A stretch of DNA of 64,000 nt from Eledone cirrhosa (Eukaryota): assembly GCA_964016885.1 (NCBI GenBank), contig OZ024756.1, positions 35,216,001 through 35,280,000 on the forward strand, read 5' to 3'. How positions within the stretch are numbered: the first letter of the stretch is position 1; each line of letters opens with the position of its first letter. The position numbers and the translations under genes were made by a program. A model generated the notes under the pieces. It did no database searches. It saw only the letters and a list, made by a program, of their open reading frames with translations, and was not told where the DNA came from. Positions 1 to 12,103 of the stretch are shown here, piece after piece.

Positions 1-657
1 CCACTCACTCCAAGTATGGGACCACTCACTCCAAGTATGGGACCACTCACTCCAAGTATGGGACCACTCACTCCAAGTATGGGACCACTCACTCCAAGTC
101 TGGGACCACTCACTCCAAGTCTGGGACCACTCACTCCAAGTCTGGGACCACTCACTCCAAGTATGGGGCCACTCCAAGTATGGGGCCACTCCAAGTATGG
201 GGCCACTCCAAGTATGGGGCCACTCACTCCAAGTATGGGGCCACTCCAAGTATGGGGCCACTCCAAGTATGGGGCCACTCCAAGTATGGGGCCACTCCAA
301 GTATGGGGCCACTCACTCCAAGTATGGGGCCACTCACTCCAAGTATGGGGCCACTCACTCCAAGTATGGGGCCACTCACTCCAAGTATGGGGCCACTCAC
401 TCCAAGTATGGGGCCACTCACTCCAAGTATGGGGCCACTCACTCCAAGTATGGGGCCACTCACTCCAAGTATGGGGCCACTCACTCCAAGTATGGGGTCA
501 CTCACTCCAAGTATGGGGTCACTCACTCCAAGTATGGGGTCACTCACTCCAAGTATGGGGTCACTCACTCCAAGTATGGGGTCACTCACTCCAAGTATGG
601 GGTCACTCACTCCAAGTATGGGGTCACTCACTCCAAGTATGGGGTCACTCACTCCCA
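1..657. repeat. 21-bp minisatellite (CCACTCACTCCAAGTATGGGG) with 17-bp deletion variants
   Basis: Direct tandem periodicity; runs off the window start. Confidence 0.95.
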
Positions 658-1619
658 ATACGAGGCCAGTTATTCCAAATATGAAGTCACTCATGCAAAA
701 TGAGGTTAGACACAAAATATGAGGTCAGGGTAAACATATTGCTTCTCTGTTTATTCAGTTGTAATCTTTTTAGCAGGCCCCTTGCCCACTCCAGAAACCT
801 GTCAAGAGGGTGTTAACTTCTTACTTTGAGATAAAAAGAAAATCTCTATTTTAATTTTTTTTTTTTTTTATCAATTTCTGAATATAAACAGACTTCATTG
901 AGACTGTGGTCAGTATTTTGTTTGTTTCACAATGAAATCAATAAATATTGATTATAGTCTTCACTCTTTGCCAAAATTGTGCAGATGTAGGGTATGGTAT
1001 GACAGTGAATTGGCAAGTCACTAGAACGTCGGATAGAATACTTTGTGGTATTTGTTTCGACTCTCTTCTCTCTGAGTTCATCTTTGTCTTTCATCCATTT
1101 CAAAGTTGATAAAAAAAATACCAGTCTTGTACTGGGGTCGATTCTTCCTCTATATCTCTTCCATTTTCTCATTCTCTCTATCCTTCTCTGGAAGAAATTT
1201 GCTGTATTCAGACCTGGAGAGGATTGGGCTCTGCTGGCTTTTAAAAAAATGCCCTAGAAACATCATTTTGTGTGTGTTCTTAAAACCTAAACAACAAATG
1301 ATATAACACAGATAAAATGAGCCAATGAGGGAGAATCTCTGTAGTCACATGTCACAACAACTGTTTTATGGCCATTTTCCCTGCTTTAAGCTAGGGTTAG
1401 CCTTATAAGCCTCATGATAGGCTTCATACTCATCATACAGCCCTTTTTGAGGCAATGTTTTACAGCTGGGTATGCTCCTGATCCCAGTCCTTTTAGTCAC
1501 CTCTTATGACATGCAGGGATACAGTGTACTTACTCTAAACTGGATGCACTCACTTCTGTAGTTACATGTCTGAAAGAGTAAAAGAAAAAAAATAATAATG
1601 GTTTCTAATTTAAGCAGAA

Positions 1620-2175
1620 GGAGGGGAACATTGATTAAACCAACACCAGTATTTAACTGGTAATTTGTTTTATCAAACCCCACAAGGATGAAAGGCAAAG
1701 TTGACCTCAGTGGGATTTGAACTCAGAACATAGAAAGTTGTAACTAAATACTGTAAAACATTTTGTCCATATTGCCATATGCCAATACTGCCAATCCACG
1801 GGGGAAGGGAAAGTCGATTAAATCAACCCCAGTGCATTACTGGTGCTTTATTTTATCAATCCTGTAAGAATGAAAAGCAAAGCTAACCTCGGCGTGATTT
1901 GAACTCATAACGCAAAGGGCCATAACTCTATGCTGCAAAGCATGGTGTCTGACATTCTATCGATACTGTCAATCCACTACCCTCATAATAATTGTTTCTA
2001 CTTTTGGCACAAGGCCAGCAATTACCCAGTGCATTACTGGTACTTTATTTTATCGACCCCGTAAGGATGAAAGACAAAGTTAACCTCGGCAGGATTTGAA
2101 CTCAGAATAGCAAGGGCCGTAACTCTATGCTGGAAAGCATGGCATCTGACCCTCTACCAATACTGCCAATCCACC
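1620..2175 (-). mobile_element. Cluster of three tRNA-derived SINEs (family A, Nin/Deu-like central domain)
   Basis: Reverse complement of GAGTTCAAATCC (B-box-like) plus GCCTTTCATCCTTACGGGGTCGATAAAATAAAGTACCAG. Confidence 0.85.
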
Positions 2176-2233
2176 AAATAATAATAATAATAATGATGAC
2201 GATAATAATTTCTTCCTCTCTTTTTCTCTTTAG

Positions 2234-2365
2234 GTGGCACTGGATGGTTTTTAAAAATTCTTCTTGGAATCAGCTCTGTAATATTTTTATCCCAATCAAT
2301 ATTTCATATTGTACTAGTTTCTATTGCAACACCATCAGAACCCTATGGCTACATATTTGGTAACT
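2234..2365 (+). CDS. piezo: Piezo exon (GGTGWFLKILLGISSVIFLSQSIFHIVLVSIATPSEPYGYIFGNC)
   Basis: Acceptor ctctttag|, donor |gtaagt, phase 1 to 1; resembles the Piezo N-terminal GHTG..L segment. Confidence 0.88.
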
Positions 2366-2965
2366 GTAAGTATTGTTTTTTTTTTTTTTATATAGAAGGG
2401 TTTTTAAGTGTTTGTTTAGTATTTGTTTGAAGAGCAATTTTTAACTGAATAGGAAAAAAAACAACAGTAACAAAAAAAAAAAAAAAATAATAGAGACTAT
2501 AAAAGCTCCTTAATTTATTATAAATAAAAATACATACAAAAAAACATGAATTTAGCTAACCTTTTTTTAATTCAATGTAGCTTTTGGACTTGATTCCTAT
2601 CTGAAATTGCTTCAATGTCAGGATCATAAAATATGGCTTTTTATTTTAATACAAGATTGCAGATCTGATTAAATATATATAAAATTAGAATCCATAAGTC
2701 ACTTGAGATAGATTAAAAAACTGCTTATAACTTTGGTGTGTCTTTATTTTATCAGAAGAGTGTATATATATATATTTATTTAAGAAAGGAAAATAATGAC
2801 TTCCCTTGTAGTTGGTGTTCTAAACAATTTAATTTTATAATTTTGCTATGTAGATCTAATAGTAAAATTGTTAAATTAAATTGTTTCGAACACCAACTAC
2901 AAGTGAAGTCATTCTTTCCCTGTTTTTTCAAATATACATAACTGTACCAAGGATTTCACACATTT

Positions 2966-3020
<55 letters not shown>

Positions 3021-3372
3021 ATAGTAATTAGTTTATTATGCAGTGTTCATCCTACAGTTTCTTTTGTTTTTTTTTTTGCTTGGCTATTCCCATATTTTTT
3101 TTTATCATACATGCATTTGATGTTACCAGAGAAATTAGAAATATGCCAATGAAAGGGTTAAAGCTTGTGCAAGTATGGCAGCCACAACAAAAACAATAAT
3201 AATATTGGCAATAGCAATAAAAACAATAACAGCAAAGGCAATATCAATAAAAACAACAACAACAAAGAAGAATTCTAATAATAATCGCTTTAGTGCCATG
3301 TCTATAATGTTGTTTATATACTTCTGTGGTATAAACATGTTTCATTTCTGATTATTTTTCTCCCTTTTTTAG

Positions 3373-3415
3373 GCACAGCGAAGGAATCTATTGTCAGACA
3401 GATTGGTTTTCAAAG
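3373..3415 (+). CDS. piezo: Piezo exon (CTAKESIVRQIGFQR)
   Basis: Acceptor tttttag|, donor |gtaagt, phase 1 to 2; matches Piezo R.IG..R. Confidence 0.88.
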
Positions 3416-3589
3416 GTAAGTAAATGGTAGACATCTTGGAGTTTAGGAATGTGTGACCAGTAATAGTAACACCATATATTGGCACAGACATTGCCGTGGT
3501 GTTGAGAAGGTTGCATGCCAACTGCTTGGCTTACTTTCAAAATTAAATATTTGATAACAATTTAAGTCATTATAATAAATAATATACAT

Positions 3590-4630
3590 TTATTTATAAT
3601 ATATATATTTATTCATTGAAAATAATATACATTTTATTTAAAATAATATACATTTATTTATAATATATATTTATTTATAATAATATATATATATTTATTT
3701 ATAATAATATATATTTATTTTTAATAAATAATATACATTTATTTACAATAATATATATTTATTTATTTAAAATAATATACATTTTATTTAAAATAATATA
3801 CATTTATTTATAATAAATAATATACATTTAAAATAAATAATAAACATTTTTTTACAAAAATATACATTTATTTATAATATACATTTATTTATAATAGTAT
3901 ACATTTATTTAGAATAATATACATTTATTTAGAATAATATACATTTATTTAGAATAATATACATTTATTTAGAATAATATACATTTATTTAGAATAATAT
4001 ACATTTATTTAGAATAATATACATTTATTTAGAATATATATTTATTTACAATAATATACGTTTATTTACAATAATATACATTTATTTATAATATACGTTT
4101 ATTTACAATAATATACGTTTATTTACAATAATATACATTTATTTATAATATACATTTATTTATAATATACATTTATTTATAATATACATTTATTTATAAT
4201 ATACATTTATTTATAATATACATTTATTTATAATATACATTTATTTATAATATACATTTATTTATAATATACATTTATTTATAATATACATTTATTTATA
4301 ATATACATTTATTTATAATATACATTTATTTATAATATACATTTATTTATAATATACATTTATTTATAATATACATTTATTTATAATATACATTTATTTA
4401 TAATATACATTTATTTATAATATACATTTATTTAGAATAATATATATTTATTTAGAATAATATATATTTATTTAGAATAATATATATTTATTTACAATAA
4501 TATATATTTATTTACAATAATATACATTTATTTACAATAATATACATTTATTTACAATAATATACATTTATTTATAATATACATTTATTTACAATAATAT
4601 ACATTTAGTTATAATAAATAATATACATTA
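3590..4630. repeat. AT-rich 17-20-bp minisatellite (ATAATATACATTTATTT)
   Basis: Tandem periodicity. Confidence 0.95.
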
Positions 4631-5013
4631 GATTATTGACTTTTCATGGATACCTAAATATTATAGTTGATACTTGTGTTAGGTGTAATGCATTTCTTTT
4701 TTGTATCCTTCAGCAAGTTCCATAACTCTACTTCATAGTCATCTATGTGGGAATCTAGCTGGGGATTTAAAAACAAATTTTTGTTTACTGTTTATTCAGC
4801 GAGACTGAGGTTGTGCCCATTCAGGGCCATTGAGACTGGTGGGAGGGAGGTAGGGAAGAAGATATTCTCAAGCCAAGGGCCAGGCAATGGAATAAGTTTA
4901 CCTTCCAAGTAGGTGATAATGGGATTTGAACTGAGAACACAACCAACTGGAACTAATACTGCAAAGCATTTCAGTTTATGCTTTAATGACTCTGCCAATC
5001 TGTCACTCTAGAC

Positions 5014-5189
5014 CTAGGTTTCCTAAACTTTTTCAAACATGGAACCCTTTTTGGTCCAGAAAAATTTTGGGGAACCTCAAAGTCTAATACTGTTATATGG
5101 TTGTAATGTAAATATACTCCTCTACCTTTTTTTTCACAGAACCCCAGACACTCCTTTGGGTTTTGCAAAACCCACTTTGGGACCCACTG
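5014..5189. mobile_element. Putative hAT-type MITE
   Basis: Degenerate terminal inverted repeats (..GGTTTCCTAAA / TTTGGGACCCACTG) and a near-identical 8-bp flank ctctagac / ccctagac. Confidence 0.5.
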
Positions 5190-5838
5190 CCCTAGACTGA
5201 TACTTTATTGTATCAACCCTTCAAAGGATGATAGGCAAAGCTGATCTCAGTAGGATTTGAACTCAGACTGCAGAGAGCTAGAACAAATAACCACAAAACA
5301 TTTTATCTTAAGCTCTAATTCAATAGCTGATAGATTTCTTTTCTTTTTTGATTTAGTTTCAACAGAAAAGAGGAAGGCAATGTTGAGTCATCTGGCTTTA
5401 CACAATAGAAAAGGAGTGATAGAGGGAATTGCGAGAGAGAGAGAGGGGTGGGGGGTAGTTGAATGGGAGAGAGTCTCTTAACTGAGGGGAGGGGAGCTGG
5501 GTTGAAAAGGAGAGGGTTGAAAGGGATAGAGAGTCTTTCAACTAAGAGTGGGGGAGAGTTGAGAGTCTCTTGACCGAGAGGAGAGTTGGGAGAGAGAAGT
5601 GGTTAATTGTTAACTATTGCTGTGTCTACTTCAAACTATTGATCTGGTATTGGAGGTAATGTAGGATTTGCAATCACAAAAGGATAATCTCGTACCAGAA
5701 TAACTTGCCAAAGTTGCCCCACCCTCTCCTTTTATATACACACTCTAGTTTTCTTCTTCTAAAAATGACTTTAAAAATCTAGACTGGATCATTTTATTTG
5801 ACCCGTTTATTATTTATATCATGTTTTATTTATATCAA

Positions 5839-6590
5839 GGGCGGTGGATTGGCAGTACCGGTAGAGGGTCGGGCGCCATGCTTTGAAGCATAGAGTTACG
5901 GCCCTTGCCATTCTGAGTTCAAATCCCGCCGAGGTTAACTTTGCCTTCCATCCTTATGGGGTCGATAAAATAAAGTACCAGTAATGCACTGGATAATTGC
6001 TGGCCTTGTCCCAAAAGTAGAAACAATTATTTATATCATGTTTGGATTAACATCAACATGGTGAACTTTTCCTAGTTGACTTTTATTATATTCTCCTTTG
6101 TGGTTTGGCAGAATTGGTAGAGCGTCAGACACCATGCTTTGCAGCATAGTTATGGCCCTTTGCATTCTGAGTTCAAATCCGCCACGGTTAACTTTGCCTT
6201 TCATCCTTATGAGGTCGATAAAATAAAGTACCAGTAATAAACTGGGATAATTGCTGGCCTTGTGCCAAAAGTAGAAACAATTATTATTGTTATTAACAAT
6301 TGGGGATTGGCAATAATCGGTAGAGAATCGGACATCCTTCACAACATGGAGTTACGGCCATTTACCGTCTGAGTTCAAATTCTGCCAAGGTTAACTTTGC
6401 CTTTCATCCTTATGAAGTCGATAAAATAAAGTACCAGTAACATACTAGGGTCGATTTGATCGACTTTCCCCTCCCGCCAAATTACTGGCCTTGTACCAGG
6501 AGGTTAACTTTGCCTTTCATCCTTACGGGGTCGATAAAATGCACTGGGATAATTGCTGGCCTTGTGCCAAAAGTAGAAACAATTATTATT
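5839..6590 (+). mobile_element. Tandem cluster of family A SINEs
   Basis: GGCGGTGGATTGGCAG head, GAGTTCAAATCC, central domain, GTGCCAAAAGTAGAAACAATT(ATT)n tail; first copy flanked by an ATTATTTATATCA duplication. Confidence 0.9.
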
Positions 6591-7058
6591 AACTAGCAGA
6601 AAAATCACCCTTCGGGTGGTTTTCTGCTGGCATGTGTAGTGTGTATATTGATATTATACGCATGTAGATATGATACATCAAATAAAATCATAATTGACAA
6701 TATACATAGACATTGAACGAAGACTGCATTACACTCTCTTATGTAATCAGTAACGTAATCCATGATACATTAAAAAAAGACGATATCTATAAACTGCATT
6801 AGGAGAGAATTAGTGACGGAAATATATGAATGTTTATTTAAGCGATCGCTAACCGGAAGTTTTGACATTTGAAAATTTTAAAGAAGTGAATCTTAAAATA
6901 AACAACAAAATTATTTATATTTAATCAAGAATAACGAAATTTAGTAGATAAATTATGTAATATTCATTCATTATTTATTCAAAGTAATCCAACTTATTTT
7001 ACAAACGGGATAAAAAAATATATTCTTGATGCACTTCTTACTTTATTATAGTTTAGAT
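6591..7058 (+). mobile_element. Helitron/Helentron-like non-autonomous element
   Basis: ACTAGCAG start with a terminal hairpin (CAGAAAAATCACCC..GGGTGGTTTTCTG) and a CTTTATTATAG..AGAT end, like the elements at 31217 and 39120. Confidence 0.5.
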
Positions 7059-7144
7059 TATTACTTGCCTTTGTGGCCAATAAAGAAACCAATATTATTA
7101 AATAAAGTAAGAGTCAACTACTAGGATTGATTTAATCGATTAAC

Positions 7145-7452
<308 letters not shown>

Positions 7453-7499
7453 TTAACTTCCTGCTTTAGGTGGGATGGGAAAATAGATTTGAAATACTA

Positions 7500-8095
7500 G
7501 GTGATCAGATTAGCATGGGAGGGGGGTGTTCCGAGGCCATAGAATAAGGATGGGTTGGAAGAAGTTTAGGGAGCTGCTTCCTCTGTTGACAAAGAAGGGT
7601 TTCTCCCTGCGTACAAAAGGACGGTTATATGATGCCTGTGTGAGATGCGCGATGCTGCATGGTAGTGAGACATGGGCAGCAACTGCAGAGGATATGTGAC
7701 GCCTGGAGAGAAATGAAGCAAGCATGCTCTGTTGGATGTGCAATATCAATGTGTGTGAAAGACCAAGCATAGACGAGTTGAGAAAGAAACTGGGTATAAG
7801 AGGGATAAGTTGTGGTGTGTGGGAGAGAAGACTGAGATGGTATGAACATGTGATGTGCACGGAGGATGACCGCTGGGTGAAGAAGTGCCAGGAAGTCCCA
7901 GTAGAAGGAAGACGCAGTAGAGGTAGACCACGAAAAACATGGGCAGAGGTGGTGAGAGCAGACCTCGGATCGCTGAAACTCATGGAGGAGATGACGAAGG
8001 ACCGTGACAAGTGGAGAGATGCTGTGCTGAATAGGACCTGTCCCACCCTTGCAAGCAGGGAAAAGCGGACGTAAAATGATGATGATGATGATTAT
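7500..8095 (+). mobile_element. 5'-truncated RTE-clade LINE (C-terminal ORF part, in-frame stop) with (GAT)n tail
   Basis: RIRMGWKKFRELLPLL...LHGSETW...RRLRWYEHV...GRRSRGRPRKTW, then AAAAGCGGACGTAAAA(TGA)n. Confidence 0.9.
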
Positions 8096-8536
8096 TGTTC
8101 TTGTTTGAAGACAGTGGATTGACAGAATCGTTAGAGCATTGGACAAAATGCTTTGCAGCATTTAGTTACAGCTTTTTACATTCAAATCCTGCTGAGGTCA
8201 GTTTTACCTTTCGTTCCAGGGTCGATAAAAAAAAGTACCAGCTAAGTATTGGGGTAAATCTAATTGACTTTTCCTCCTCCCCATAAATTGCTGGCCTTGT
8301 GCCTAAATTATTAAGTAATATAGTAATGGAAGGGAATGGAGTTTAATTCTTCGTAGCAGAGGCTGGCCACTTTTTTCCATTTATAGGGGTATTTTACCCA
8401 ATATTCTAAGCTATTATTTATCATAATTGACTGTGGTTATAGTTGTTTTGTGTTGGAGATTTCTTCATTTTCTAAGAATTTAATTCATTATTTTTAATGT
8501 TAATTAAATTAATCTAAATAATTTCTATATCTTCAG

Positions 8537-8965
8537 GTTGGATGCTGTTCCTGCCAAACACATTGCCAGATTAGTTGGCCCAGATCTTCTGGTGTTCCTT
8601 ATTTCAATCACTGTTCTCGCCATCTGCAGTAAAATTCTCAAAGAAAATCCCAAAGACTTTGAACCATTTATTAACACTGTTCAAAAACATCGCGTACACC
8701 AAATTATTAAGTTTGGCAAAGTTGTCCTGTTAGTGTTGCTATTAGCTGGCTGTAGTATCGTAGTACCATCTATCTTCAGTACTTTCTACTTTATCACGTT
8801 CCTCATCACGGTCACGGTATGGGCGTTTGGTTATTCTTTGAGAAGAAAATTCGCCATTTTCAGATTTGTACTGCTAGTTTACGTTGGCATACACCTCATA
8901 CTTCTCTATCTTTACCAATTTCCATTTTTCCAAGAAGCTCTCAATGATGATTCCTTTATAGCTCG
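8537..8965 (+). CDS. piezo: Piezo exon (RLDAVPAKHIARLVGPDLL...YLYQFPFFQEALNDDSFIAR)
   Basis: ORF 8538..8969; acceptor cttcag|, donor |gtaagt, phase 2 to 2; RLV.PD and YLYQ motifs. Confidence 0.95.
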
Positions 8966-9290
8966 GTAAGTATTGGCCAAAGTTTCTTGCTATATTGTCA
9001 ATCTTTTCATCACACACTGTGACCTTCTCAATGATCATTCTTGCTCCTCTGTGTTTCCTCTTTGTTTTCATCTTCTATTTACTACATTTTATCTTTTTCA
9101 TTATATCTTCAATATTTATCACACTGCTCAAACATAACTACAATAACATCATCATTATTGTTATTATTATTATTATATTGAGTCTAAATCCCGCCGAGAT
9201 TAACTTTGCCTTTCATCCTTACGGGATCGATAAAATAAAGCACCCGTAATGCACTGGGGCTGATTTAATCTTTCCCCTCCGCAAAAATTG

Positions 9291-9915
9291 CTCACCCACT
9301 CACCACCACCAACACTATCATCACCCACTCACCACCACCACTACCACCAACATTATCATCACCCACTCACCACCAACACTATCATCACCCACTCACCACC
9401 ACTACCACCAACACTATCATCACCCACTCACCACTACAACCAACACTATCATCACCCACTCACCACCACCACTACCACCAACATTATCATCACCCACTCA
9501 CCACCAACACTATCATCACCCACTCACCACCACTACCACCAACACTATCATCACCCACTCACCACTACCACCAACACTATCATCACCCACTCACCACCAC
9601 CACCACTACCACCAACACTATCATCACCCACTCACCACTACCACCAACACTATCATCACCCACTCACCACTACCACCACTACCACCAACACTATCATCAC
9701 CCACTCACCACCACTACCACCAACACTATCATCACCCACTCACCACCACTACCACCAACACTATCATCACCCACTCACCACTACCACCAACACTATCATC
9801 ACCCACTCACCACTACCACCACTACCACCAACACTATCATCACCCACTCACCACTATCACCAACACTATCATCACCCACTCACCACTACCACCAACACTA
9901 TCATCACCCACTCAC
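9291..9915. repeat. C/A-rich variable minisatellite (CACCCACTCACCAC..CCAACACTATCAT)
   Basis: Tandem periodicity; starts at the broken end of a family A SINE (about 9178-9290). Confidence 0.92.
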
Positions 9916-10008
9916 ATTTAGCCATTACCATATTCAATATAGTGTTTCTATGTTAATGTCCTATTTTGAAGTTAATGTTATTAACCCAATAATGTTTTGT
10001 TTGTTTAG

Positions 10009-10186
10009 TTTAACAGGTTTGATCAGTATCATTCATAGCAACTGTGCAGTACCATGGGAAATAGAATTTGCCAGCAATCAGGTCTCCTGGCCAGGGTATA
10101 TCAACCCTGGAATTCTTCTCCTCCTTTATTGGGTTGTTGCATTCCAATGTCGGCATTGGGTATACGAGCAGACATGCATGAAAACG
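10009..10186 (+). CDS. piezo: Piezo exon (LTGLISIIHSNCAVPW...WPGYINPGILLLLYW...CMKT)
   Basis: Acceptor tgtttag|, donor |gtattt, phase 2 to 0; W..Y..PG.LLLLY motif. Confidence 0.9.
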
Positions 10187-10262
10187 GTATTTATCATTAT
10201 TATCATTATTATCATTATTATCATTATTATTACTATTATTATTATTATTAATTTTACACGAA

Positions 10263-10472
10263 GGGCGGTGGATTGGCAATATTGGGAGTGTCAGACACCT
10301 TGCTTTCCAGCATAGTTACGGCCATTTATGGTCAGAGTTCAAATCCTGCCAAGGTTAACTTTGCCTTTCACCCTTGCAAGGTCGATAAAATAAAGCACCA
10401 GTAATGTACTGGGGTCAATTTAATCGACTTCCCCTTCAAATTGCTGGCCTTGTGCCTAAAGTAGAAACTATT
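10263..10472 (+). mobile_element. Family A SINE
   Basis: Same head, central domain and tail as other copies. Confidence 0.85.
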
Positions 10473-10529
10473 ATGTAATTTACGCAGCACAGTACTGTAT
10501 CTATTTTCCTACAGATACAGTACAGCACA

Positions 10530-10930
10530 GTACTATGTTGTACAGTACGGTACTGTACTATGTTGTACTGTACAGTACAGCATAGTACAGTACCGTACTG
10601 TACTATGCTGTACTGTACAGTACAGCATAGTACAGTACCGTACTGTACTATGTTGTACTGTACAGTACAGCATAGTACAGTACCGTACTGTACTATGTTG
10701 TACTGTACAGTACAGCATAGTACAGTACGGTACTGTACTATGCTGTACTGTACAGTACAACATAGTACAGTACGGTACTGTACTATGCTGTACTGTACAG
10801 TACAACATAGTACAGTACGGTACTGTACTATGCTGTACTGTACAGTACAACATAGTACAGTACGGTACTGTACTATGCTGTACTGTACAGTACAACATAG
10901 TACAGTACGGTACTGTACTATGCTGTGCTG
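10530..10930. repeat. 45-bp palindromic minisatellite built from 5-mers
   Basis: Unit GTACTGTACTATGYTGTACTGTACAGTACARCATAGTACAGTAC(C/G) is its own reverse complement; the ORFs on both strands give the same peptide. Confidence 0.93.
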
Positions 10931-11222
10931 TCTGCAGGAAATATAGGAAATAAAGCATTGACCTTTCCAACATTAGTCTAACATCCTGCCAACTGTAATT
11001 ACACACATGCTTCTATACAGACACGTATCTACACACATCGACACACACACATTCACCTACATATACATTCACCTACACACAGACATCTACACATACATGC
11101 ATCGGCACACACATGCATCGGCACATACACATTCACACACATCGACACATACACATTCACCTACACACTATATCCAGTGTGTGAATGTGTGCATGTTGTA
11201 TGTTAGACTGATGAGTGAAAAT

Positions 11223-11439
11223 ACACACACACACACATACACATTCACACACACACATACACATTCACACACACACATACACATTCACACACACACATAC
11301 ACATTCACACACACACATACACATTCACACACACACATACACATTCACACACACACATACACATTCACACACACACATACACATTCACACACACACATAC
11401 ACATTCACACACACACATACACATTCACACACACACACA

Positions 11440-11474
<35 letters not shown>

Positions 11475-11510
11475 TCACACACACACACACACACATACAC
11501 ATTCACACAC
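11223..11510. repeat. Compound (CA)n 20-bp repeat
   Basis: CACACACACACATACACATT units. Confidence 0.95.
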
Positions 11511-11642
11511 AGAATATCCATTGTTAATCTAATTCCCTTCATTCAGCGAAGACTCTATAAGTTGACCTATAAATGCTACTGACTGTATAACATAAGGTGA
11601 TATATAAATCTTACCGACTTTGTGATATATAAGGTGTATATA

Positions 11643-11970
11643 TCATCATCATTTTATGTCCACTTTTCCCTGCTTGCAAGGGTGAGACGGGAACTGATTC
11701 TGGCTTGATTTCTACAGCTGGATGCCCTTCCTAACACCAACCTCATTTACAGTGAGTGCTGGGTGCTTTTTTGCCGTGGCACCTCCACGACCACTTTGCA
11801 GTGGAATGATAGGGAACCCAGTCCTATCATCTCATTTCTACAGCTGAGTGAACTGGAGCAATGTGAAATAAAGTGTCTTGCTCAAGGACACACAACACAT
11901 CACCCGGTCTGAGAATTGAACTCACAACCTTCTGTATTACTGCATGACGCCAGAGGTCACGGCTGCATAT
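11643..11970 (-). mobile_element. Composite SINE-like element with RTE-type 3' tail (family C) interrupted by a family B SINE fragment
   Basis: (CAT)n..GTCCACTTTTCCCTGCTTGCAAGGG matches the RTE tail at 8045-8090; GCTGGATGCCCTTCCTAACACCAA domain; homologous to 38250-38810. Confidence 0.7.
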
Positions 11971-12022
11971 ATGCGCATAATATATTTCCATTTTTTTTTA
12001 TTTTTTTTTTTTTATCCTGCAG

Positions 12023-12103
12023 GCTCCAGAGTCGCGGTCAAGCTTTGTTGCACCACAGAGAAAGAGTCGCCACCGTCGCCGTCACTCTGGATCCGAGCGC
12101 CAG
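12023..12103 (+). CDS. piezo: Piezo loop exon (APESRSSFVAPQRKSRHRRRHSGSERQ); alternative donor at 12130 possible
   Basis: Long poly-T then ctgcag| acceptor, cag|gtagca donor, phase 0 to 0, GC-rich codon-like patch within an AT-rich intron. Confidence 0.72.

Noticed and set aside
16-722. Overlapping repetitive ORFs in several frames
   Set aside because: Artefacts of a stop-free 21-bp repeat.
1045-1257. Hydrophobic ORF as an upstream Piezo exon
   Set aside because: No recognisable Piezo motif or convincing splice sites; pyrimidine-rich composition explains the hydrophobicity.
5839-5935. tRNA genes suggested by A/B-box-like motifs
   Set aside because: These are SINE heads followed by SINE body and tail; no complete cloverleaf.
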